Positions 17,658-26,920 of a stretch of DNA of 64,000 nucleotides are shown here, one piece after another. Position 1 is the stretch's first letter. Every line of letters starts with the position of its first letter. The stretch covers positions 161,285 to 225,284 of the IMG/VR virus record IMGVR_UViG_3300035698_018317. One strand, 5' to 3'. The position numbers were made by a program, and so were the translations under genes. Below the pieces are notes generated by a model. It saw nothing but the letters and a program-made list of their open reading frames with translations. It did not search any database and was not told where the DNA came from.

Positions 17658-17681
17658 GCGAGAGTGGTGGAATTGGCAGAC
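17658..17681 (+). pseudogene. 5' fragment of a tRNA-Leu gene
   Basis: GCGAGAGTGGTGGAATTGGCAGAC (acceptor 5' strand plus D arm) ends abruptly before the HNH gene; no 3' half found. Confidence 0.55.
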
Positions 17682-17725
17682 AATATTTTATAAAAAAAAT
17701 TACACCACGCTAACTATTATATTAT

Positions 17726-18235
17726 ATGCCAATATGTAAAAAATGTAATAAAGAATTTCCAAGTAGGATAGGTAATAAAACTTATCATAAAAGAAGTTAT
17801 TGTTTAAAATGTTCTCCTCCGGGTTCCGGTATGGGGTATGAAATAAGAAAGGCCACTAGAAAAAAAGAAAAAGTAAAAGGAAAAAAAGAATGCCCTATTT
17901 GCGGGAAATTTTCGACTTGGACTAAAAATAATGTTTGTTCAACATGTCGGATGATGTGGCAGAGATGGAAAACAAAAAAAAGAGCGGTAGATATGAAAGG
18001 CGGCAAATGCTGCAAGTGTGGAGAAACAGATATGCGGGTTTTAACCTTCCACCATCTTAATGTGGAGGACAAAGAATATAATATTTCCAATTTCTACTCA
18101 AGAATTTGTTGGGAGAAAATAGTTTTAGAAATAGAAAAATGTGATTTAATGTGTTTTAATTGTCATGTGAGATTACATTCCGAAATCAATAGAGCCAAGT
18201 ATTCTTGCATAGAACAATACTATGCTATGACCTAA
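17726..18235 (+). CDS. HNH homing endonuclease with Zn-finger domains
   Basis: CKKC, CLKC, CPIC, GGKCCKCG...TFHH...KCDLMCFNCHVRLH. Confidence 0.82.
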   Translation: MPICKKCNKEFPSRIGNKTYHKRSYCLKCSPPGSGMGYEIRKATRKKEKVKGKKECPICGKFSTWTKNNVCSTCRMMWQRWKTKKRAVDMKGGKCCKCGETDMRVLTFHHLNVEDKEYNISNFYSRICWEKIVLEIEKCDLMCFNCHVRLHSEINRAKYSCIEQYYAMT

Positions 18236-18301
18236 TCTATCTTCACTTTCTCTCAGAAAAAGACTTTCATTTTTGGGTTTATGCCCTATAATGACAGTTC
18301 A

Positions 18302-18407
18302 GGCTGAATGACGGAATTGGCAGACGTGCGAGCTTTTAGGGTTTGAAAACCCATTAAAAGGTGCTCGTGTCCTTCGGGGCGTGTGGGTTCGAATCCCTCT
18401 TTGGCCA
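18302..18407 (+). tRNA. second Leu-body tRNA with 22-nt anticodon-arm insertion (TTA if insertion is at 37/38)
   Basis: GGCTGAA/TTTGGCC, same D arm, stem CGAGC/GCTCG enclosing 29 nt with an inner GGGTT/AACCC hairpin; 106 nt like the first copy. Confidence 0.72.
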
Positions 18408-18421
18408 GTAAGGAAATTGTT

Positions 18422-18880
18422 ATGTGGCGTGAAGAATACGACGAATACGATGATGATGGCTATCCTTATTATTATCATGATGGCCTTGGTTGTCGTTGTT
18501 ATAAATATGACAGACCTCCTTATAATAAAAATTATAACGTGCCGTCTCATATTCATATAATGAACAAGAATGAGGCGAAAGTAATGCGTCGTCTCAAAAA
18601 TGAAACTGGTTTATCTGAAGAGGGTATTCGAAAGATTAAGAAATATCGAATTATGCTTTCTGAAGCTCAAAAAGAAGGGCAAAAAGCCAAACGGACAAGG
18701 GTGCAAAAAGCTAGAGATGAAGTAATGAAATGCGTTTGTCGTAAGCTTAAATTAGCCAAAGAACATCCTGTTACACAGAAAGCATATCGTGAAGAATGGG
18801 AACGGCGGCGAAAGGAATATGATAATCGTCCTTGTTGTAATAGTAGTATTTATCTAGAATCACCAAAGGATGATAGATAA
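18422..18880 (+). CDS. hypothetical protein
   Basis: ATG after a GTAAGGA SD, between tRNA genes. Confidence 0.65.
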   Translation: MWREEYDEYDDDGYPYYYHDGLGCRCYKYDRPPYNKNYNVPSHIHIMNKNEAKVMRRLKNETGLSEEGIRKIKKYRIMLSEAQKEGQKAKRTRVQKARDEVMKCVCRKLKLAKEHPVTQKAYREEWERRRKEYDNRPCCNSSIYLESPKDDR

Positions 18881-18885
18881 AATCC

Positions 18886-18969
18886 AGCCTCGTGACGGAA
18901 TTGGCAGACGTTCGGGACTTAAAATCCCGTGCCCTTCGGGGCGTGTGGGTTCGAGTCCCACCGAGGCTA
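18886..18969 (+). tRNA. trnL: tRNA-Leu(TAA)
   Basis: AGCCTCG/CGAGGCT, CGGGA-CTTAAAA-TCCCG. Confidence 0.93.
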
Positions 18970-18983
18970 TTTAGAAATAATCA

Positions 18984-19067
18984 GGCCGAGTGACGGAACT
19001 GGCAGACGTGCGGGGTTCAAATTCCCGTGTCCGAAAGGGCGTGTGGGTTCGAGTCCCACCTCGGCCA
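18984..19067 (+). tRNA. trnL: tRNA-Leu(CAA)
   Basis: GGCCGAG/CTCGGCC, CGGGG-TTCAAAT-TCCCG. Confidence 0.92.
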
Positions 19068-19084
19068 GTATAAAGGTGATTAAA

Positions 19085-19363
19085 ATGACCTTACGAAGTG
19101 GAATAAAAATTATACATCCTTCTATAAACGCTCCTGAGTTAGAAGAGACAACTTGTATCAAGTGTGGGGAAAATTTTCTTTCAGAAGACCGACGAAGAAT
19201 TAGATATTGTTCAAAATGCAGAAAGATTGTTAATTCTCCGTCACACAAATTAGGTATAGCATCAGAACATATAGATTATCGTAAAATTTTTAACCATCTG
19301 GAACCTCGCCAGATACGACAAATGAAAATAAAAAGTCGTACAATTAGGCAATATCACTCATAG
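19085..19363 (+). CDS. small Zn-ribbon hypothetical protein
   Basis: CIKC...CSKC; SD AAAGGTGA upstream. Confidence 0.6.
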   Translation: MTLRSGIKIIHPSINAPELEETTCIKCGENFLSEDRRRIRYCSKCRKIVNSPSHKLGIASEHIDYRKIFNHLEPRQIRQMKIKSRTIRQYHS

Positions 19364-19757
19364 ACTTATGTTTGAAAAGGAATCTATGCACATGTCTCAT
19401 GAACTCTGGAAGTGTTGCTACTTTATCTACACGCAATGCTTCTGGAGTGAATGGTTGTGGTTTTCCCGGCATATCAGAAGAACGTCTGATAAACCCTGTA
19501 ATCACAGAAGGAACTCCCTTATTGTTAGGTCTAATTACTACCACAACAATATTACCATTAGACCCATCTAAAGGGTCTGTTTGAGCATATTCTGGTAATT
19601 CTGCCACTTGGAGTGCCCATGAATTTTTATCATCATAAACATCTTTTGCGACATCTGCTAGTTGTTCAACTTGTTTGAGAATATCGGGCCAACGGGCTAA
19701 TCGACTTCTTAATTGTTCAAGTGCGTGTTGTTTGACGTAACCTTTAAAAGTCTCCAT
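19344..19757 (-). CDS. hypothetical protein (METFKGY N-terminus)
   Basis: Strong SD AAGGAGG and ATAAATA motif upstream. Confidence 0.7.
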   Translation of the reverse strand: METFKGYVKQHALEQLRSRLARWPDILKQVEQLADVAKDVYDDKNSWALQVAELPEYAQTDPLDGSNGNIVVVVIRPNNKGVPSVITGFIRRSSDMPGKPQPFTPEALRVDKVATLPEFMRHVHRFLFKHKSMSDIA

Positions 19758-19925
19758 GGTCCTCCTTTAATTTATTTATTCATTATAACTAATTATTTTA
19801 TAAAAGCAAGTATGGTTTTTGTTAGGCGAATATACAGTTCTTGGGATTAAACTAATGGAATTTTCTAGTAAACCCCTTGAATTGTTGGTGGAGTAAAGTA
19901 GAATAGGTGCAGAGAAACCAGTATT

Positions 19926-21935
19926 TTGAAAAGACACACCAAGGAAATTAGTATGATTACGTGGAGAGATTTGCTTAAATTTTCAGAGACTCTTGATGAG
20001 ACAGAGAAGAAAAAAGAGATTTTGATTTCAAATCCATCAAGAAAGCTGCATTATGTTTCGTACACTTGTGATGTCCAGACAGAGACAGGTGCGTTCTCAG
20101 TAGGCACTAAATACATTAGGGCTGGGGCGAAACCAGCAGCTAGAATAAACTCTTTGTATCCCACTTGGGAAAAAATGGACGTGTTTATAGGTGAGCTTAA
20201 AGAGGAAGATTTAGACGAGCCAGTTCTTATTTCTAGTCCTAAGTCGGAACTACATGAGGCCACCTTGTGTAAGAAATCCACCAAAGGAACTGTTTTCATA
20301 CAGGCAGGTAAGAAGATATACACATATTGGTCTTCACACTTCGAAGAACATAAAATATGTTTGTGTCGTGGTTTTAAGAATATATTTGAATACAAATTCT
20401 TAGAATTCAAGTCTCCAGTAGGGTTGATTACAAAAGACAAGAAATGGGTTCTTGAAAAGATTTGGCATGAATGGGAGAGTACCACCGCTGGCCCTTACAC
20501 AGAATTAATGAAACAGAAGATAAAAAATCATCTTCAAAAAGCTACAGAGAGCGAAATACAGAAGTTAATGGAAGCAGACGGGACTACTGAAGAGTTTGAG
20601 AAGAAGTTTGAAGAGCCAAAAGAAGATGAATATTCATATTGGTATGAATTACATAGAAAATCTAGCCCTGTATCTTTTAGTTCAAAAGTACATTTGTATC
20701 GAGGTATAAACTGTATAGAAGAAGAATGTCTTTTAGATATGTCAACAGGCATATGGACAATTGAGGCAAATTGGTTGCCAAAGAAAAAGGTGCTTCCTCT
20801 TCCTAAGACTATTTTCCAAATTTCTTCCGGTGACGTTGATGGCCTTTTCGCCTTGATAGGAACCAAAAACTTGTTTGATTGGGATATAACCCCTAAAACA
20901 AGTAAAAAATATTGGTACATACATATTTGTCATCCTAAAGCTGAAGAAATATATTTGTGCCGAGGTGAAAAAAGTCCAGAAGAATTTATCGTAATGAAAA
21001 AGTGGTCATTGAATGCGAGTATGTGGTATAAGCTAGAAGATTGGTCAAAATGGCCAACCGACTCAAAAAGACCGTTCTGGGGCAAAGTAGAAAAAAACCT
21101 CATAGAAGTTTCTCAAGAGCAGATGTGTGAGATTTTGTTTTGCGTAGGCAAAACTGTATTAGTGGGCACTGATAAAATCAAAATAGAAGACATGTTAAGC
21201 GATAAAAAATTAGTGCCGCCCGAATACAAATATTGGTATCTTCATATTAAGAATGAAGATAAAAAAACAGAGGCAATATATGTGTATCGTGGTTTAAAAA
21301 AGCTAGAAACATTTAAGAAGATTAGTTTACTAGGTGATACATGGAAACTACAAAACTTCAATTGGACTCATGTAATGCCATGGGGTTCAAAAAGGCCAAT
21401 GGACCCCTCAGACGTGACTAAAAATGTTATAGAAATTGACAAAATAGAAGCAGAAAAATTGTTGTCTATTGATAGCAAACCAAAAACGTTTGACTGCAAT
21501 ACACATGTTACTCGTTATCAGGTATGGAATAAAAAAAAAGATGACCTGAATGGTAAAGGATACAAGTATCAAAATGCGAAAGGCGACGATACAAAGGACG
21601 ATGATAAAAATTACAAGTATTGTTGTTGGGCAGAACAAACCACCAATGGGTTGATGATTGATAGGCGTATATGTTTGAAGCGTAGTTTTGGTGACGAAAG
21701 CTCTTACAAAATAATGACGATAAATCAGAGGGGTGTTTTATCAACATGGAAATGCAGTGGAGCTTGGAGAGATTGCATGGGGTTTAGTTTGGCTCACCTT
21801 GTTGGCAAAGATGTAATATCTAAGCAAATCTCTAAATATTACGCAAACCAAATTTTGAATTTGGTTGGCAAAACAAACTTGTATTGTGTTAGGAATGTAG
21901 TTAATTGGGAAAAAGATGCTGAAATAATATGCTGA
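19926..21935 (+). CDS. hypothetical repeat-module protein
   Basis: Recurring YWY.(L/I)H...(I/V)YLxRG motif. Confidence 0.75.
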   Translation: MKRHTKEISMITWRDLLKFSETLDETEKKKEILISNPSRKLHYVSYTCDVQTETGAFSVGTKYIRAGAKPAARINSLYPTWEKMDVFIGELKEEDLDEPVLISSPKSELHEATLCKKSTKGTVFIQAGKKIYTYWSSHFEEHKICLCRGFKNIFEYKFLEFKSPVGLITKDKKWVLEKIWHEWESTTAGPYTELMKQKIKNHLQKATESEIQKLMEADGTTEEFEKKFEEPKEDEYSYWYELHRKSSPVSFSSKVHLYRGINCIEEECLLDMSTGIWTIEANWLPKKKVLPLPKTIFQISSGDVDGLFALIGTKNLFDWDITPKTSKKYWYIHICHPKAEEIYLCRGEKSPEEFIVMKKWSLNASMWYKLEDWSKWPTDSKRPFWGKVEKNLIEVSQEQMCEILFCVGKTVLVGTDKIKIEDMLSDKKLVPPEYKYWYLHIKNEDKKTEAIYVYRGLKKLETFKKISLLGDTWKLQNFNWTHVMPWGSKRPMDPSDVTKNVIEIDKIEAEKLLSIDSKPKTFDCNTHVTRYQVWNKKKDDLNGKGYKYQNAKGDDTKDDDKNYKYCCWAEQTTNGLMIDRRICLKRSFGDESSYKIMTINQRGVLSTWKCSGAWRDCMGFSLAHLVGKDVISKQISKYYANQILNLVGKTNLYCVRNVVNWEKDAEIIC

Positions 21936-21989
21936 AATAATACTGGCAATATTCTCTCTTTTTAGTTAGTATGTACATGAGGAAGAGAT

Positions 21990-22643
21990 ATGTATTTTAT
22001 AGGTGACATTCACGGTGCTTTTAATTGGTACTTAGCTAAAGGAATCAAAGCTGCTAGTAGCTCTATTCAGCTTGGCGACTTTGGTTGGGGATTTCCTCCA
22101 GAAAAAAATAAGCGAGGGAAAGTTCTAGCCGAATCTTTAATGAGTAAAGATTTAGAGTCTATCCCCGCTATGCCGCAACATAAATTTTTATGTGGTAATC
22201 ACGATGATAGGAAGTTTGTCGCAAATCATCCCAACTACATAGGAGATTGTGGGTATGATAAAAATTCAGAAATATTCTATATTAGTGGTGCTTTTTCAAT
22301 TGATTTTGAGTGGAGAACGATTGGTATAGATATGTGGGAGTATGAAGAGCTTGATTATAAAGTCCTTCTTGAAATGATTGAAATGTTTGCAGACATCAAG
22401 CCCCGAATTGTGGTCTCTCATAGTTGTCCTGCTGCTGCTCAATTTGCTATGTTCCCACATACCACAAAAAGGCACTGGCATCCTCGAACTCAATTTGCCA
22501 TGGATGAAGCTTTTGATAAATGGCAACCAGAGCGATGGTATTTCGGACATTACCACTTCAGTAAACATGTCGATATTGGTAAAACGAGGTTTCAGTGTGT
22601 TGGAATCAATCAAAGAGTAGAGTTAAAAGGTGTAGATTGGTAA
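21990..22643 (+). CDS. calcineurin-like metallophosphoesterase
   Basis: GDIHG, LGDFG, GNHD, SHSCP, FGHYH. Confidence 0.88.
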   Translation: MYFIGDIHGAFNWYLAKGIKAASSSIQLGDFGWGFPPEKNKRGKVLAESLMSKDLESIPAMPQHKFLCGNHDDRKFVANHPNYIGDCGYDKNSEIFYISGAFSIDFEWRTIGIDMWEYEELDYKVLLEMIEMFADIKPRIVVSHSCPAAAQFAMFPHTTKRHWHPRTQFAMDEAFDKWQPERWYFGHYHFSKHVDIGKTRFQCVGINQRVELKGVDW

Positions 22644-22659
22644 TAAATTAATTGCTTAG

Positions 22660-22690
22660 AAAAAGGTGTCACAATTTGTGGCACCTTTTT
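22660..22690 (+). terminator. intrinsic terminator
   Basis: AAAAAGGTGTCAC-AATTT-GTGGCACCTTTTT. Confidence 0.75.
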
Positions 22691-22705
22691 CTATATTATA
22701 GTAAC

Positions 22706-24040
22706 ATGTTTATTCCAGATAAATTTCACTTCATATACCTTAATGAAGGAGCGGGAGCAAAACCGTTTAGTCTAGTTCATTATGTTTCTATTAAATCAGC
22801 AATAGAGGTCAACAATCCTGATTCTGTAACCTTATATTATTCTAAAGAGCCTGATTCTTTCTGGTGGGATAAAATCAAAGGTCAAGTAAATTTAGAAAAA
22901 GTAGTACCGCCTAATAGTGTTTTTGGTAGACCAATAACTCATGTGGCTCACAAAGCTGATGTATTAAGACTTGAAAAACTAATTAAGCATGGGGGGATTT
23001 ATTTAGATATAGATATAGTTTGTTTAAAACCATTTAAAGATTTATTGAATAACAAAGTAGTTCTTGGTAGAGAAAAAAAGCAACAGATTTGTAATGGCGT
23101 CATTATGGCCAAAAAAAACTCCGCATTTCTTAAGGAATGGTATCAACTTTACAGGAGTTTTGATGACACACAATGGTCAACACATTCAGGTTATCTTTCA
23201 ACTCGATTAGCTCAATTCAACCCCTCAGTACGGTTAGAACCACCAGAGTCATTCTTTATTCCAAGTTATCGTAGACTTCCTGCCTTATTCAAAAGAAATC
23301 AAAACTTTCCACAAGCATACTGTTATCATCTATGGGAAAAATTGTCTTGGAATTTCATAAAACAATTAACAGTCTCAAAGATTAGAAAAGAAGATACAAC
23401 ATTTAATGTGGTGGCAAGAAAATATTTATCTGATATAGTAATTCCACCATCGGAGGATAAGTCTAAGCATAAACATAAAGTAATATGGAGAAAATATCCT
23501 ATATTTATACATACGCCGAAAACAGCAGGCACTTCTATGGCGAAGATTTTGAAGAATAATAAGATTCGTCATTTCTGGCACAAGCCTGCTAAAGAATTAT
23601 TAAGAGGCAATCCTTTTTCTTTCGCATTCGTAAGAAATCCTTACGATAGATTTGTAAGTGCTTATCAATTTGTAAAAGATGGAATAGTTGACCCTGTACA
23701 GAATAAAAGTGTTTTTAAAATCATAAAGAAATGTGGTGATTTTGAAACGTTCTGTATGGATTTTAAAAATTATCCAGTTTGTACAAACCATGTAATTTTT
23801 GAACCACAATACAAATTCCTATGTGATAAAGAAAAAATTATAGTTGATTTTATAGGCCGATATGAGAATCTACATGAAGATTGGTTTAAGTTGCTTAAAA
23901 AGCTTAAAATAAAAGATACTCCACTTCCTATGTTAAGAAAGAGTAAAAGAACCTCAGATTATATGTCGTACTATACAGAAGATGCCAAACAAGCTATAGG
24001 TGAATATTATAAAAAGGATTTCGAAATATTTGGATATTAA
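22706..24040 (+). CDS. DXD glycosyltransferase (GT32-like) fused to sulfotransferase family 2 domain
   Basis: ADVLRL..L...GGIYLDID; C-terminal IFIHTPKTAGTS, FVRNPYDRFVSAY, DFIGRYENL. Confidence 0.85.
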   Translation: MFIPDKFHFIYLNEGAGAKPFSLVHYVSIKSAIEVNNPDSVTLYYSKEPDSFWWDKIKGQVNLEKVVPPNSVFGRPITHVAHKADVLRLEKLIKHGGIYLDIDIVCLKPFKDLLNNKVVLGREKKQQICNGVIMAKKNSAFLKEWYQLYRSFDDTQWSTHSGYLSTRLAQFNPSVRLEPPESFFIPSYRRLPALFKRNQNFPQAYCYHLWEKLSWNFIKQLTVSKIRKEDTTFNVVARKYLSDIVIPPSEDKSKHKHKVIWRKYPIFIHTPKTAGTSMAKILKNNKIRHFWHKPAKELLRGNPFSFAFVRNPYDRFVSAYQFVKDGIVDPVQNKSVFKIIKKCGDFETFCMDFKNYPVCTNHVIFEPQYKFLCDKEKIIVDFIGRYENLHEDWFKLLKKLKIKDTPLPMLRKSKRTSDYMSYYTEDAKQAIGEYYKKDFEIFGY

Positions 24041-24701
24041 AATAATACATCTTCTTTCGTATCCTAAAGAGGAAAGAGAAATTAATTCTATTTCCTCAAT
24101 AAGTAAATTGGATATTCCTTATACTCAACACGTAAACACTGTGTTCACAGGTAAACCTCCTGAGAGTAAATGGCCGTGTGAAAATTCCATAAGGGAGACA
24201 TCATACGGATGTTACGATTCTCATAAAAAAGCTCTTGGTGAATTTAATACAGATTATCTTTTAGTCTGTGAGTGTGATTGTATTATCTCAATTCCTCCTA
24301 GCCAATTTCTTGAAATATTACCATTTTATATCAAAGATATGGAAGAGAATAATATTGCTTGTTTAGGGATTGGCTCTTTTTGTAATACGATAAAAAAAGA
24401 AACTAAAGAATTGTATATTTGTGAGAAAATGGCCTGTACTCAATGTTTGCTATACTCGTCTGAATATAAAGAAATGATAAACCAAGATGAAGATTGGCAA
24501 CCATATGACAGTTGGTTGAGTCGAATTTTAGGAGAAAAAGGAAAATTAGCTGTTGTAAAACAACGTACAACGCATCAACATATTGGTCGTTCATTGATAG
24601 ATGGATTAGATAAAAGAATGGCGAAAAGAGTAGATTCTAATGGCACAGAAGATATATTTACCATATGGTCAGATGGCATGATATACAATGCTACTTTTTA
24701 A
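24000..24701 (+). CDS. glycosyltransferase (GT25-like)
   Basis: YGCYDSH..AL, LVCECDC, D.WL; alternative TTG start at 24030. Confidence 0.6.
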   Translation: MNIIKRISKYLDIKIIHLLSYPKEEREINSISSISKLDIPYTQHVNTVFTGKPPESKWPCENSIRETSYGCYDSHKKALGEFNTDYLLVCECDCIISIPPSQFLEILPFYIKDMEENNIACLGIGSFCNTIKKETKELYICEKMACTQCLLYSSEYKEMINQDEDWQPYDSWLSRILGEKGKLAVVKQRTTHQHIGRSLIDGLDKRMAKRVDSNGTEDIFTIWSDGMIYNATF

Positions 24702-24708
24702 GTTTCAT

Positions 24709-25854
24709 TTATTGTATTGTAATGGGCAGTTTTTTTGATTGGTAAAAAGGAATGGGAGGTGTTCTACGGTATTCAAACCTATTCTGTTGGCTTTTTCTTA
24801 CACACATATCAAATAACTCCAAGTCGATATCTTGTAAGACAGCACAATATTTTTTTGTTCCCTTTGGGCATTTATCTAAAGGAAGTGGAGAAACGATACC
24901 ACATGGCTTATGTTGACAAAATCCACTACCAAACATGAAGGTGGGAATTTTATATTTATGAGCGATATATTTAGGAGGAAGAGTGGACATAATACCTACA
25001 GAAGGAATTCTAAATGCTTCTCCAAGATGTACTCCAGCAGAATCAGGAGACACAATAAATTCTGCATTAAACGCTAAAGAGAATACGTCTATTGCTTCTG
25101 TTTTTCCAGAAAGATTTTTTACCCCTTCTATTTCTTCCAGTCTATCTAAACAATTATAACGTCCGTAAACATAAACCTTTACACCATATTGTTTTAATAT
25201 ATGTTTAATTAATTTTATGTTTGTTTTAGGAGGAAGATTTTTGCAATTCCCACTTGAATGCCACTGTAGTAGGACATATTTATCGTTTTTATCTATACCA
25301 AGTCTTTCGTAATAATCTTTATTTGGATATAATATTTCTTCATTTGTGAAAGCCCCAAAATCAGGAAGACCTTCATATTCCATACCCACAGTATTATACA
25401 GACGTTGTATAATACTTTGATTATCTACCCATGACCTATCCGCTCTGTCTTTTTCCGTCCAAAAAAACATAGCAGGTATTTTGTGTGTAAATGTGTCAAA
25501 TTCTTCTTTTGTGATATATGGTTCTCTAAGATTTATACTTGAAGGAAGAAAATTAGAATAGAATTTATTTATAGGAGGAGTAGAACACACATCTAATCTA
25601 CATCTCATTCTACTTTTAATCCTATATATATCTCTTAAATAAGTGATAAGCCAGATTGAATCACCCATGCCAAGAGTGGCATCGCCTTGCATCATATACA
25701 CAGCCGATTCTTCTGGGCTTATACGGTTTCCGCTGTATACTTCGATATCATAATCAGGAGCTACTTCACTAACTGCGTTTTGGGGTAATGAGCGAGGCTT
25801 ACCCCAAGTTACGTATTTTTTTTTGTCTTGTTTTCTTGTCCATGTCCAAAACAT
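24709..25854 (-). CDS. glycosyltransferase family 9 (heptosyltransferase-like)
   Basis: LGMGDSIW...; IVSPDSAGVHLGEAFRIPSVGIM. Confidence 0.82.
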   Translation of the reverse strand: MFWTWTRKQDKKKYVTWGKPRSLPQNAVSEVAPDYDIEVYSGNRISPEESAVYMMQGDATLGMGDSIWLITYLRDIYRIKSRMRCRLDVCSTPPINKFYSNFLPSSINLREPYITKEEFDTFTHKIPAMFFWTEKDRADRSWVDNQSIIQRLYNTVGMEYEGLPDFGAFTNEEILYPNKDYYERLGIDKNDKYVLLQWHSSGNCKNLPPKTNIKLIKHILKQYGVKVYVYGRYNCLDRLEEIEGVKNLSGKTEAIDVFSLAFNAEFIVSPDSAGVHLGEAFRIPSVGIMSTLPPKYIAHKYKIPTFMFGSGFCQHKPCGIVSPLPLDKCPKGTKKYCAVLQDIDLELFDMCVRKSQQNRFEYRRTPPIPFYQSKKLPITIQ

Positions 25855-25857
25855 AAA

Positions 25858-26862
25858 TTACTTTGCTTTCTTTTTAGAAGTTTTCTTTTTGGGAGTTTTC
25901 TTTTTATTTTCTAAGACATTATCGCTTATACACTTCTCTTTTGCAACAGATTCCTCTATACTATTAGAAAGTTCATCAATAATTTCGTTCTCAATTTCAT
26001 TTTCATCAGGTCGTGTTGGTGCATCCGCTGTGAAAGAACGTGCAGTAAATGAAATTTCTGGATAGTAAGCTTCGTAATACCATTTATTTCGATTCACAAT
26101 GGAGGTTATAATGCGTGGAGAAAGTTTTCTGAGTTCTGGCTTCTCCAATTTAGATTTGATTTTATGCATGTACTTCATACGATAGAATGAGTCGGCTTCT
26201 GGAATCGTTGTTTGTTCAATGTTATCAAAGTCTATCTTTTGAGTTTTAACTCCTATCCATGTGAACAACTCATCCATAGTTTTTTGCGGGTCGCTTAGGA
26301 AATCTTCATATCTCCAAAAATATATGTTTCGCATTATATCAGGAATATCACCAAGATTATAAATGGCCTTTAATGGACCACCTATAACTCCATTATCATC
26401 AAACATTGCCCCAGCCCTCTTATCTACTATATGCTGTTCACAATGGTCTGGGAAATCTAGAAGAAGTGTTTCTTTATGTCTTTTTTCTATACTAGAAAAT
26501 ACACCTCTTAAATCTCTGAGACATACTATCATTTTAAAATTAGGATAAAGGTGTTGTAATGTGGGAGCACTATGACACCATCCTCTATTTTTATCTATAG
26601 TAATAGGAGTATTTGTATCTGAAGACCATTCTCCCATAAACGCTTTAAGAGACCGCTTTAGACGTTTGTAGACAACTTCAAAATTAGAATCTAATTGGGT
26701 TAAAAGAAAAGGGTCATCACTCCAAATTCTTCTTAGTTGATTAATTAATCCACATAAAGGAGAAGATGGAGTAGATGAAATTTCCGAATGTTTATCCAGT
26801 AAATTGCAAAGTAGTGTTGAGCCGCTTCGTGGAAGGCCCGATAAATATATTATTTCTTTCAT
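25858..26862 (-). CDS. sulfotransferase (family 3-like)
   Basis: 5'-PSB motif GLPRSGSTLL; 3'-PB CLRDLRGVFSS; WRYEDF. Confidence 0.85.
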   Translation of the reverse strand: MKEIIYLSGLPRSGSTLLCNLLDKHSEISSTPSSPLCGLINQLRRIWSDDPFLLTQLDSNFEVVYKRLKRSLKAFMGEWSSDTNTPITIDKNRGWCHSAPTLQHLYPNFKMIVCLRDLRGVFSSIEKRHKETLLLDFPDHCEQHIVDKRAGAMFDDNGVIGGPLKAIYNLGDIPDIMRNIYFWRYEDFLSDPQKTMDELFTWIGVKTQKIDFDNIEQTTIPEADSFYRMKYMHKIKSKLEKPELRKLSPRIITSIVNRNKWYYEAYYPEISFTARSFTADAPTRPDENEIENEIIDELSNSIEESVAKEKCISDNVLENKKKTPKKKTSKKKAK

Positions 26863-26905
26863 AAAAAAAACCTCATTGTAATTTAGTTACTAATGAGGTT
26901 TTTTT
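26863..26905. terminator. bidirectional terminator-like hairpin
   Basis: A8-CCTCATT...AATGAGG-T7. Confidence 0.7.
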
Positions 26906-26920
26906 ATTATCTTTTTATTT

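Noticed and set aside
17658-18300. Group I intron carrying the HNH inside tRNA-Leu
   Set aside because: No 3' tRNA half (T arm plus CTCTCGC) follows the HNH gene and no group I core elements were recognised
10585-19067. HDV-like (theta) ribozymes at tRNA 3' ends
   Set aside because: Spacers after the tRNAs are mostly 3-30 nt and I could not fit the nested double-pseudoknot in the longer ones by eye
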